DNA of 64,000 nucleotides from a bacterium HR11 (GTDB lineage: Bacteria; Acidobacteriota; HRBIN11). Both the position numbers and the translations under genes were made by a program. The stretch lies in contig BEHN01000001.1 in the NCBI GenBank assembly GCA_002898535.1, positions 261,564 through 325,563 of the forward strand. Reading direction: 5' to 3'. The first letter of the stretch is position 1. Every line of letters begins with the position of its first letter. The notes under the pieces were generated by a model. That model was not told the DNA's origin. It saw nothing but the letters and a program-made list of their open reading frames with translations, and ran no database searches. Shown one piece after another: positions 38,542 through 47,325 of the stretch.

Positions 38542-39660
38542 TCATGCCATCTCCCCGTCACCTTTTCCAAGGGCGGCGGCAATGCGCTCGCCCATCGTGA
38601 TCGTGTCTACGACGGTCGTCCCGGGCGCGGCGATGTCGGGCGTCCGGTATCCGGCGGCCAGGACGGCCTCGACGGCCCGTTCGACGGCCTCGGCCGCTTG
38701 GGGCAAGCCCAGGGAGTAGCGGAGCATGAGAGCGGCCGACCGGATCATGCCGATGGGATTGGCGACGCCTCGGCCGGCGATGTCGGGGGCCGACCCGTGG
38801 ACGGGCTCGTAGAGGCCCAGGCCTGTACCGTCCCGGCGGCGTCGGCCCAGGCTGGCCGACGGAAGTAAACCGAGGCTCCCCGTCAGGGCGGCCGCCTCGT
38901 CGGTCAGGATGTCGCCGAACATATTCTCGGTCACGAGGACGTCGAAGTCGGCCGGCCGCCGGACCAACTGCATGGCGCAGGTGTCGACCAGCATGTGACG
39001 GAGTTCCACGTCGGGATACGCCCGGGCGACTTCCTCGGCGAGGGCCCGCCAGAGGCGGCTGGAGGCGAGGACGTTGGCCTTATCAACGCTGGTCAGCCGT
39101 CGGCGCCGCTGGCGAGCCAGCTCGAAGGCGACCAGCAGGACCCGTCGGATTTCCGCTTCCGAATATCGAAGGGTGTCGACGGCCTGACGGCCCCGGCGGT
39201 TCCGCCACTGGCGTTGGGGCCGTCCGAAGTACAGCCCGCCGGTCAGCTCCCGGACGACGATGAAGTCGACGTTGCGGGTCACGTCCGGCTTAAGGGGAGA
39301 CGCCTCTTGGAGCCATGGGTACGTCTGGACGGGCCGAAGGTTGGCGAAGAGGCCGAGACCCTTCCGGAGGGTCAGGAGTCCCTGCTCAGGTCGGACAGGC
39401 GCTCGCGGGTCGTCCCATCGAGGGCCGCCGACGGCGCCCAAGAGGACGGCGTGAGCCCGGCGACACCGCTCCAGGGTCTCGGGCCGGAGGGCCACGCCGT
39501 AGCGCTCGATGCAGGCCCCGCCGATGAGGTCTTCATGAAACTCGAAGCGGACGCCGAACCGTCGCTCGACGACCCGGAGGACCCGCAAGGCCTCAGCCAT
39601 GACCTCGGGCCCGATGCCGTCGCCTGGTAGTACGATGATGCGGTAGATGCGTGTCTGCAT
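38542..39660 (-). CDS. leuB: 3-isopropylmalate dehydrogenase
   Basis: The start [20 protein letters not shown] is typical of the IMDH/IDH family, and the [20 protein letters not shown] motif is present. It is convergent to gltB. Confidence 0.9.
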   Translation of the reverse strand: MQTRIYRIIVLPGDGIGPEVMAEALRVLRVVERRFGVRFEFHEDLIGGACIERYGVALRPETLERCRRAHAVLLGAVGGPRWDDPRAPVRPEQGLLTLRKGLGLFANLRPVQTYPWLQEASPLKPDVTRNVDFIVVRELTGGLYFGRPQRQWRNRRGRQAVDTLRYSEAEIRRVLLVAFELARQRRRRLTSVDKANVLASSRLWRALAEEVARAYPDVELRHMLVDTCAMQLVRRPADFDVLVTENMFGDILTDEAAALTGSLGLLPSASLGRRRRDGTGLGLYEPVHGSAPDIAGRGVANPIGMIRSAALMLRYSLGLPQAAEAVERAVEAVLAAGYRTPDIAAPGTTVVDTITMGERIAAALGKGDGEMA

Positions 39661-39721
39661 GGTACCAGGATGCGTGGCGCGGGATGCGAGATACAAGGTA
39701 CAGGATTATGAATTTGAAGAA

Positions 39722-39741
39722 TGGCCGACGAGGCGTCGGCC
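39722..39741 (-). terminator. GC hairpin between the MarR gene and leuB (possible terminator on the minus strand)
   Basis: ggccgacgaggcgtcggcc is a perfect 8-bp stem, followed on the minus strand by a T-rich segment attcttcaaattcat. Confidence 0.3.
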
Positions 39742-39990
39742 TGGCCCATAGGCCAGAAGCCTCCCTCTACGGCTTGACTCTCCAGCCGGCCCCGACGGAC
39801 TCGTCGGCGCCGGTATGTTCTCCGAGTTCCTGTCTGCACGTGTTGAATGAGGACCTGTCCCCCTCGGGTGCATCTCGGAGGAAGCGCTCCTCTGCCCAGC
39901 CCTGGGATCAATCAGGTACGACGTCACGGCCGGTACGTCCAAAACGGCTGACCGGCTCATCCGGGTTCCTCGGACTGTGACATGGCTACA

Positions 39991-40659
39991 TTACAACAAG
40001 GAGCGCTGACCCGGGTTCCCCATGGAAATAGCCGCCTCGGCGCCGACGTGTTCCGGACAATCGACGCGCAGTGTCGTCGGCCCCAAGGGTCGGTCCAGCA
40101 GGGCACAGTGGTGGGGCGTCGGCGTGCCGGGGTGGACATCCTGTCGAAAGAACCGACAGGTGAGGCACATCCGGGCGACCGTGATGACGCCGGCCCGCTG
40201 GAGTTCGACGATAAGCCGCATCAGGAAATTCAAGACGGACGTCTTCTCGTCCAGTCCTGCAAAGCTCAGGGAGTCCCGGACAGTGTTGGCCCACGCCGCC
40301 AGGCGACGGGCCAGCCGGCGGCCGTCAGGCGTCAGGTCCAGGACGGACGACCGGCGGTCCGAGATGTCGGGCCGGCGACGGACTAAACCTTTGGATTCCA
40401 AAGCCGTCACGGCGTCACTGACGGTCGCCTTGGTCAGCCGGAAGGCCTGGGCCAAGCCGCTCACGCGGCGGTGCGCCTCGGGTTGATACAACAAGTAACA
40501 CAGGAACTGGACCTGGATAGGACTCAAGCCGTGGGTCTGGCCGACCCGCCAGAGAAGGACCCGGAAGGCCTGGGCCAGACGCTCGAGGGCGGCGACGAGC
40601 TTGCTGTCGACGTCGTCGTGCTGGAAGGTGAGGTCCCATACCGGGGGACGTTGGGTCAT
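39991..40659 (-). CDS. MarR-family transcriptional regulator with Cys/His-rich C-terminal extension
   Basis: The MarR wHTH core is LSPIQVQFLCYLLYQ ... LTKATVSDAVTALESKGLVRRRPDISDRRS. An extra ~60-aa tail contains CLTCRFF, HHC and CPEH. Confidence 0.8.
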   Translation of the reverse strand: MTQRPPVWDLTFQHDDVDSKLVAALERLAQAFRVLLWRVGQTHGLSPIQVQFLCYLLYQPEAHRRVSGLAQAFRLTKATVSDAVTALESKGLVRRRPDISDRRSSVLDLTPDGRRLARRLAAWANTVRDSLSFAGLDEKTSVLNFLMRLIVELQRAGVITVARMCLTCRFFRQDVHPGTPTPHHCALLDRPLGPTTLRVDCPEHVGAEAAISMGNPGQRSLL

Positions 40660-40903
40660 GGGGACTTTCTCCGCACCGTCCGCAAGATAAGTCGTCGGGC
40701 CGGGTCCGTCAAGCGGCTGGAGCTGGTAGGGGTGGGGGAGGGCCGTCTCATCAGGTCCGGGACGGCCCTTGGGAAGAGGCGAATCGGCTCGACGGATTTC
40801 CGGCCCTCGCTTGCGGGCCCTCCTCCTGGCTTCCTTCGGGATTCTTGACAGGGGAGACGGCTTCGGATAAAATGATTAGGAATCCTAACTAAAAGGAGGT
40901 CCG

Positions 40904-41398
40904 ATGATGCGAGGCTCACGTCTCCTGACCCTCCTCGGCGGGACCCTCTTGGCCCTCTCGACCCTCCCCCTCCGACCGACCCCCGCCGCCGACCCCGTCC
41001 CCTACCCGAAGGGCTACCGCCAGTGGACTCACATCAAATCCATGGTCATCCAGCCGGGCCACCCCCTCTTTGAGGCCTTCGGCGGGATCCACCATATCTA
41101 CGCCAATCCCAAAGCCCTCACGGCTTACCAAAAGGGCGCCCCCTTCCCCGACGGAAGCGTCATCGTCTTCGACCTCCTCGAAGCCAAGGCCGAAGACGGC
41201 GCTCTCGTCGAAGGTGCCCGCAAGGTCGTCGGCGTGATGGTCAAGGACCGCCGCCGCTACGCCTCGACGGGCGGCTGGGGATTCGAAGGCTTCAAGGGTG
41301 ACACGCAAGAACGGGTCGTCCAGGACATGAATCAGTGCTTCGGCTGTCACATGTCGGCGAAGGACACGGATTACGTCTTCAGCCGGTACCGTCCGTAA
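40904..41398 (+). CDS. Cytochrome P460-family protein (periplasmic, mono-heme)
   Basis: Signal peptide, then the P460 family pattern with a single C-terminal CFGCH heme-binding site (NQCFGCHMSAKDTDYVFSRY). It is divergent from the MarR gene. Confidence 0.8.
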   Translation: MMRGSRLLTLLGGTLLALSTLPLRPTPAADPVPYPKGYRQWTHIKSMVIQPGHPLFEAFGGIHHIYANPKALTAYQKGAPFPDGSVIVFDLLEAKAEDGALVEGARKVVGVMVKDRRRYASTGGWGFEGFKGDTQERVVQDMNQCFGCHMSAKDTDYVFSRYRP

Positions 41399-41458
41399 AA
41401 CTCCCGAGCGATGTCGGCCCCCGGGTCGTCCCCCTATCCCGGGGGCCCCTTTATTAAA

Positions 41459-41574
41459 CTCATAAATCCGACCATAGACCACAGACCATAGACCTGCTTA
41501 GGCCCAGGTGGGCCTATGGTCCATGGTCTGGGGTCGGATGTCGAGGGTCCGATCCCGGTCTTATCGGATTCTTA
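41459..41574. repeat. Repeat family B copy flanked by 9-bp direct repeats (ttattaaac)
   Basis: ttattaaaCTCATAAATCCGACCatagaccacagaccatagacc ... cggtcttatcggattcTTATTAAACtacgg. The direct flanks could be a target-site duplication. Confidence 0.65.
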
Positions 41575-41722
41575 TTAAACTACGGCCTGCCGTCCTGTCG
41601 TCACGCCGTTACGAACCCTGAAAATCGTGCTTCCTAAAGGTCGCCGATCCAGCCCGCATGTCGCTTCCATCGAATGAAACCTACTGTCAATAAAGAGTCG
41701 GACGGGACCTGCGCTCCTCACG

Positions 41723-43615
41723 TCATCCCGGCGAAGGCCCCAAACGATGGAGGCCGGAAGCCCGTTCGAGGTCTATCAGTTCCCGGGTCAGCTCGTAGAC
41801 CTGGCGGGCCACGTCGGGGTCGAGCCGTTCCCGCCGGCGGGCCAACTCATTCCGCAAGCGCCGGAAATAAACGATGTGGAGGAGCTCGACGGCCTCGGTG
41901 AAGACCCGTTCGTCCCACGGAGTCTCATCCCGGAGCAAGTCGTGCACCCAAAGGCTTTCCGGTGGTTCGGAGAACACCTCCAGCAGGAGGGGCCAGTCCA
42001 CGGTCCGGCCGGCGTACCAGGCGTCGTAGAGGAACCGCAGGAGGCGGTGACTCCGGGCGACCTCCAAGATGGCCTCCCCGACGCGAGTCATCAGCCGCTC
42101 GAAGAGGTCGGGCCGCTCTATAAGGGCCCGGAGAATCCATTTTTCATAGGACGGCAGGGACGTTCTCTCGAGCGTCAGAGCCGGTGGGGGCGAGCCGGGA
42201 CCCGGGGCCTGGGACTCGGCACCCGATTTCCGGCGGAGCCAGCGGAGGAAGTCGGCATATAACTGGGCAGGCGGTTCGAGGCCCAGGCGGCGGGCGATCT
42301 GGAGAGCGGCGTAGTAGCGGCTCGACTGATGGGGAACCCGGGTCAGGAGTTGGAAGAGGGCCTGAAGGGCCTGGCGGTTCTGTACGATGGCGGCGGCCGA
42401 CCGTTCCCAGCGGGCGTCGTCCTGCCGCAAGGTCGGCCATTCATCGGGACTCACGCCGGCATGGCGGGTCATCAGGTAGAACAAGGCGAAGTCCCACCCG
42501 TCCATCGCTTCGGCGAAGGCCCGTCCGAGGGCTGGGGTGCCGGCTCGTTGGAGGACTTCGGCGGGGTCCTTCCCTTCGGTCCACCGCAGAAATGACGGCG
42601 CAAAGCCGCCGCCGACGAGTTCGTGGAGGGCCTCCCAGGCGGCCTTTTGGCCCGACTCGTCGGCATCGAAGCCAACCCACACGCGGTCGGCATGCCGTTG
42701 GATCCATCGGACGTGGTCGGCCGTCAGGGCCGTCCCCATCAGGGCGACCGTATGGGGCCAGCCGTGGAGGGCCATGAGTACGGCGTCAAAGTAACCCTCC
42801 ACCAGGACGACGGCCCGCCGCTGGCGGACCGCCGGGGCGGCCCATCCGAGACCAAACAGGGTCTGGGATTTCCGAAAAACGGGCGTCTCGGGGCTATTTA
42901 GATACTTAGGGACGCCTTCTTCCAGGGCCCGGCCCGCCAAGGCCACGACTCGCCCGGCCGGGTCGTGAATCGGGAACACGATACGGTTTCGTAAGAGGTC
43001 GAACCACCGGCCGTCTCGCTCGATAAAGAGTCCGCACTGGGCGATGACCCATGTCGGGACGTCGGCCTGCCTGAAGTGGTCATACAGGGCTTGGCCATCC
43101 GGCGGTGCGTAGCCGAGGCCATAGGCCTCCCAGGCCGTCTCGGGGACGCCCCGACCCTCGAGATAGGCCCGGGCCTCGGCGGCCGCCTCCGTATAAAGGG
43201 CCTGCCGGTAAAATCGGTGCGCCCGGTCCAGGGCCTGAATGAGGGCGGCGACCTGGCGGTCCCGGTCGGTCGTCGGCTCACCGGGTGGCGGCGGGAGCTT
43301 CCAACGTTCTTGAAGCAGACGCAGGACGCCCGGAAAGTCCAGATTCTCGGCCGTCTGGAGAAATCGAAAGACGTCCCCGCCCCGGTGGCATCCGAAGCAG
43401 AAGAAGCTGTTCGTCTCGGGAAATACGTAGAAACTCGGCGTCCGTTCCGGATGAAGGGGACAGAGGCCCACCCACCGACGACCCACGCGCCGGAGTTTCG
43501 TGTAAGCGCTGAAGACCTCGATGGGGTCGATGTGCTCACAAAGCCACGTCAGCCATGGACTGGCCATAGACCCGCCGTCCAAAGATGATGCATCGCGAGG
43601 GGCGGACATCGCCAT
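41723..43615 (-). CDS. dnaG: DNA primase
   Basis: A CHC2 zinc finger (CPLHPERTPSFYVFPETNSFFCFGCHRGGDVFRF) is followed by a TOPRIM domain (VVLVEGYFDAVLMALHG ... VGFDADESG). The start could be the ATG at 43615 or the downstream one at 43567. Confidence 0.9.
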   Translation of the reverse strand: MAMSAPRDASSLDGGSMASPWLTWLCEHIDPIEVFSAYTKLRRVGRRWVGLCPLHPERTPSFYVFPETNSFFCFGCHRGGDVFRFLQTAENLDFPGVLRLLQERWKLPPPPGEPTTDRDRQVAALIQALDRAHRFYRQALYTEAAAEARAYLEGRGVPETAWEAYGLGYAPPDGQALYDHFRQADVPTWVIAQCGLFIERDGRWFDLLRNRIVFPIHDPAGRVVALAGRALEEGVPKYLNSPETPVFRKSQTLFGLGWAAPAVRQRRAVVLVEGYFDAVLMALHGWPHTVALMGTALTADHVRWIQRHADRVWVGFDADESGQKAAWEALHELVGGGFAPSFLRWTEGKDPAEVLQRAGTPALGRAFAEAMDGWDFALFYLMTRHAGVSPDEWPTLRQDDARWERSAAAIVQNRQALQALFQLLTRVPHQSSRYYAALQIARRLGLEPPAQLYADFLRWLRRKSGAESQAPGPGSPPPALTLERTSLPSYEKWILRALIERPDLFERLMTRVGEAILEVARSHRLLRFLYDAWYAGRTVDWPLLLEVFSEPPESLWVHDLLRDETPWDERVFTEAVELLHIVYFRRLRNELARRRERLDPDVARQVYELTRELIDLERASGLHRLGPSPG

Positions 43616-43918
43616 TCGCTATCCATGCTATGGCAGGACCGCGCCGGCGTCAAAGGGGCGATGCCCCTTAGATTGCGAATTCCGAATTGCGGATTGGGGA
43701 GTCCTGGTCGGGTAGGAGGGGATCCCTTCGGGACCCCGAGAGTCGTCCCGACGTCTATCTTGTCGGGCGCCGCCGGTAACGGCGGCGTCGAAAACTCGGA
43801 ACGCCGGCTGTCATACGGACGGCCTCTCCGCTGTCGGCTTTAAGGTACCGCATTCGCAATCTGAGGATGGATTTGCCTTTTCACGTCTTCCGACCCAAAA
43901 TAGAAAAGATGCATCCCG

Positions 43919-44239
43919 ATGAGGAGGCTTTCTATGACGGCCCAGCAGAGCGGCGGGCCGGGTGTGCCCGGAGGGCGCCCGCCTCAAATGCGGCCCAAGC
44001 CGGCCCCGCGCCCGGGAGGCGGATATCCAGCCATCGGTGGTCCCCAGTTCGGCTTTAATAGCTTGGTGCGGCAGGCGATCGAGACCCGGAAGGCTGTCAT
44101 CCTGGAGCTCATGACGGGGGAGACCCTTCAAGTCACCCTGCTTCGGGAAGACCAGTTTACGCTGACGGTCCTCCTGAAGGACGAGATCCGCATCGTTTAC
44201 AAACATGGCATCAAGCAGTTGATCTTTACCAAAGAATGA
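43919..44239 (+). CDS. hfq: RNA chaperone Hfq (Sm-like) with Gly/Pro-rich N-terminal extension
   Basis: The Sm core is NSLVRQAIETRKAVILELMTGETLQVTLLREDQFTLTVLLKDEIRIVYKHGIKQL, with the YKHAI-like motif. It is preceded by ~45 aa of G/P-rich sequence. Confidence 0.75.
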   Translation: MRRLSMTAQQSGGPGVPGGRPPQMRPKPAPRPGGGYPAIGGPQFGFNSLVRQAIETRKAVILELMTGETLQVTLLREDQFTLTVLLKDEIRIVYKHGIKQLIFTKE

Positions 44240-44261
44240 GGCCAGGTGGGGGCTTGGGGGC

Positions 44262-45266
44262 TCAATCCAACGCTCGATAAAATCCCCACGTAGCGTCCCA
44301 AAGCGGTTTCCAGGCCCACCCTGCGCGCCCGAGGGGGGCGTCCGTCTCGACGTGCGTCAGGACGGGGACTTCCACGAAGCGGACAGTCGGCGACTGCCAG
44401 GCCTGGGCCAGACGTCGAGACTCTTCGATAGGAATGGCGGGGTCGGCTGGACTGTGCAGGATCCACGTCGGTACGTTCCAGGGGCGGATGACATGGGCCA
44501 TCGGGGAGAGTTCCCGAAGCACGGCCTGAAAGTCTGGTGGGGCCTGCCGGCACCAAGCATCGACCTCTTCGACCGACTGACAGGCTAAGAGGCGTTCGAC
44601 TTGACGTCGGATCGTCTCCTCCGACCATCCGTGAGTCCGGCCCCATCCTTCTAAAGCTTGGCGGACGGCCGACCGGACACGGGCCGTGTCCCATCCGTAC
44701 AAGCGCTCACCGATGAGCCCGACGGCCATCAGGCGGCAGGCATCGGCGTAGGCCCCGACGGTCGCCACGGCCCGCAGGCGGGGCCATGAAGGTTCGGACC
44801 CAAGAGCCCGCAAGGCCGGACCGGCGCCGACACTGATGCCGACCAAGGCCCACGCCGGACATCGACCCTCTACTTCCTGAAACAGCCGTTTCATTTGAGG
44901 GACGACCTGGGGGTCGAATCGAAATTCAGCCAAAGCGGGGACGTGAGGCACGTAGGCGTCCAATCCGCTCCAGGCCAGGGCCCGAGCGAAGTCCTTCAGG
45001 CGGGGGTCATCCTTCCCGTCCGGCGTAAGACCGTGGATGACGACGATACAGGGCCGGCCCGGCGTCGCCATGTGGGAAAACCAGTGGTCCACGGCCCATC
45101 CGCCGGCCATCGAGAGGGTCTCCACGCCGACAGGGAGCGGGGCCGACGCCGGAGACCGCAGGCCCCCCATCAGGGCCAAGGCCGGTAGGACCGTCCGCAT
45201 CCCCCAGAGGACCAGGCCATAAGCGACGATCCCGAGTCCGATCCAAGCGACCCGACGATACGCCAT
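44262..45266 (-). CDS. Alpha/beta-hydrolase fold protein, N-terminally membrane-anchored
   Basis: 334 aa with a TM helix and a nucleophile-elbow-like GISVG motif (ALVGISVGAGPAL). Confidence 0.6.
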   Translation of the reverse strand: MAYRRVAWIGLGIVAYGLVLWGMRTVLPALALMGGLRSPASAPLPVGVETLSMAGGWAVDHWFSHMATPGRPCIVVIHGLTPDGKDDPRLKDFARALAWSGLDAYVPHVPALAEFRFDPQVVPQMKRLFQEVEGRCPAWALVGISVGAGPALRALGSEPSWPRLRAVATVGAYADACRLMAVGLIGERLYGWDTARVRSAVRQALEGWGRTHGWSEETIRRQVERLLACQSVEEVDAWCRQAPPDFQAVLRELSPMAHVIRPWNVPTWILHSPADPAIPIEESRRLAQAWQSPTVRFVEVPVLTHVETDAPLGRAGWAWKPLWDATWGFYRALD

Positions 45267-45405
45267 CGGCCCGTCCCCGAGTCGTCAGGGTTCGGTGTTG
45301 AGTCTCGCCATTCTGGGTATCGCCCTTGCGTCTGGGGAAGCTTATACTACAATGGACACTCGGCCGCTTCCAAGGCCCCTGTCGGGAAGGACGGGCCGAG
45401 ACCGG

Positions 45406-45984
45406 ATGGAGACGATGCTCAAAAAGGACACTTTGGTGGACCTGTTTGAGAATCCTTACTTCCAAGAGGTGCTGGATCAGGCCCTGCGTCAGATCGTCGC
45501 CTTGCGGTCGGACCGACGACCCTTTCAGCTCCTTATCGAATTTCTTCAGTCGGCCAACATCGACTTCGACTGGGAGCAATTTCAAGCCCTGGCCCAACGG
45601 AATGCCCGCTGGTATTTGGTCAACTCAGAGCCCTTTCTGAAGGAGCTGGCGGCGACCCTCGAGGAAATGCAGGGTTGCAAGAACTCCTGGACTTCTATGA
45701 ACTGCGCGGTCGTGCTGTCCGGCGGGACACCCAAACTGGAAGTGTCTGCTCGCTCCGGCTTGCGGGAAATATTCACGATGCGGGATAACTTTGACAACTG
45801 GCTCCGCTTCGTCAACAACATCTTGGAGACGATGGCCAGCACCCTGAATCAGCAGGTATGGATGCCGTCCGAGGCCGAGCAACTCGTCACCTGGGACGAA
45901 CTCCTGAATCAGACCGAGCAATGGCTGGAGGCCATCAAGAGCGCTCTCCAGCAGTGGCACAACCGATACAACAGCAAGCAGTAA
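45406..45984 (+). CDS. Hypothetical alpha-helical protein, no family recognised (ORF may start at 45295)
   Basis: An uninterrupted ORF whose codon usage is visibly less GC-biased than its neighbours. It reads METMLKKDTLVDLFENPYFQEVLDQALRQIVALRSD ... QQWHNRYNSKQ. Confidence 0.5.
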   Translation: METMLKKDTLVDLFENPYFQEVLDQALRQIVALRSDRRPFQLLIEFLQSANIDFDWEQFQALAQRNARWYLVNSEPFLKELAATLEEMQGCKNSWTSMNCAVVLSGGTPKLEVSARSGLREIFTMRDNFDNWLRFVNNILETMASTLNQQVWMPSEAEQLVTWDELLNQTEQWLEAIKSALQQWHNRYNSKQ

Positions 45985-46145
45985 GGTAAGGCATCGGGTC
46001 AGGTGCCGAAGGACGGAGGGCCTCATCGATCATGGGGCGGATGGCGAGTAGCGGGGCGACCACGTACTATCCCCACTTGCTACTCGCTATGGGCCATTCT
46101 CTCCCGCACGTCATGGCTCCCGATCCATGAACTGCTCCATCGCTT

Positions 46146-47165
46146 TCACTCCGGAAACGTCTCCAGGGGGGCCATCCGCAGTCGCAAGGAGGGGACTGGG
46201 GCGTTAGGTATTAACCGGTCAGACCGGACGGCCGACTGCAGGGCGGGCCATGTCGTCTGAAGACGTCGGAAGAGAGCCTCGGCGGCGACCCGGTGAGCGA
46301 TCTCGCTGGGATGGGGATCCAGGGCCGGGACGGCTTGCAGGCGTCGGGTGTCCATCCCCCAGAAAACCTGAAGTAAGTCCAACCACGGGAGGCCCTCCGC
46401 CTGGAGGAGCCGGTGGACTTGCTGGTGGATGTCTTGAAACGGATAGCCCCCGTCCATCGGAAAGCCCACGTGAGGCCAGATCACGAACAAACAGGGCACG
46501 CCGTGACGCCGACACTCCTGCCCGACCTCGGCGACGACCCGCCGGTGCCGTTGCCACGGCCGTCCCTGCGGATCGTAGAGGCCCCGAATGTAGTGCTCCT
46601 GAGCCCGACGGAACCGGCGAGCCCACCGCTGATAGTCGATCCAGTAAACCAGTCGAGAGGACCGGCGCAGTCGCTGGACCCAGGCCGGCGTGGCCGCCAG
46701 ACTCTGCTGGAGACGTAAGATCTCCGCCGGGATCGGCCCCGTGTCGGGGTCGTTGATAAAGTACCCGAAGATCACGAGGTCCGGTCGATAGCCCCAAGCG
46801 GCCCGAAGCTGGCCGAGTTCGTCCTCGGTCGAAGCCCCACTGACGGCCCAGTTTAGGACCTCATAGGTCTCCTGACCTGTCGCCGTGTTCAGGAACCACT
46901 CTAAGAGCTTCGGATAGGTCTGCGGGGGCTGCACGTTGGCGCCCCAGGTGTAGGAGTCGCCGAGGACCAAGACCCGGATGACCCCTCGGGGTTTCTCGGG
47001 GGCGTACACGCGATCCCGGTAGGGTCGTTGGGGGTCTTCGACGACGACAAAGGCCGGCCGGTCCCATACCCGGGAGGGCGGTGTCCAAAGCCACCGGAGT
47101 CCGGTCTCGGCGACAGCCAGGACGACGATCAGGCTGTACGCTGTCCCTCGAATCCAACGTCCCAC
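46146..47165 (-). CDS. SGNH/GDSL-family hydrolase, membrane-anchored
   Basis: 339 aa with block I (VLVLGDSYTWGANV) and SGNH-like downstream blocks. Confidence 0.7.
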   Translation of the reverse strand: MGRWIRGTAYSLIVVLAVAETGLRWLWTPPSRVWDRPAFVVVEDPQRPYRDRVYAPEKPRGVIRVLVLGDSYTWGANVQPPQTYPKLLEWFLNTATGQETYEVLNWAVSGASTEDELGQLRAAWGYRPDLVIFGYFINDPDTGPIPAEILRLQQSLAATPAWVQRLRRSSRLVYWIDYQRWARRFRRAQEHYIRGLYDPQGRPWQRHRRVVAEVGQECRRHGVPCLFVIWPHVGFPMDGGYPFQDIHQQVHRLLQAEGLPWLDLLQVFWGMDTRRLQAVPALDPHPSEIAHRVAAEALFRRLQTTWPALQSAVRSDRLIPNAPVPSLRLRMAPLETFPE

Positions 47166-47167
47166 GG

Positions 47168-47325
47168 GGTACCTCGGAAATTCGGCAGTTCGGCAATCCG
47201 GCAGACGGGGGCCACGGAAGAAGGAGCGGAAGATAAGTTTTGTCAGGGCTTCGGTCTTGTGCCTGCTATGCTTATCTGCCGAATTCCGAACGGCCGAACT
47301 CCCAAGCTCCCGAATTCCCGTTCAC
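47168..47325. repeat. Repeat family D (GGAAATTCGGCAG / CCGAATTCCCG tandem short repeats) in the priA / SGNH-hydrolase spacer
   Basis: cggaaattcggcagttcggcaatccggcag ... ctgccgaattccgaacggccgaactcccaagctcccgaattcccg. Confidence 0.55.
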
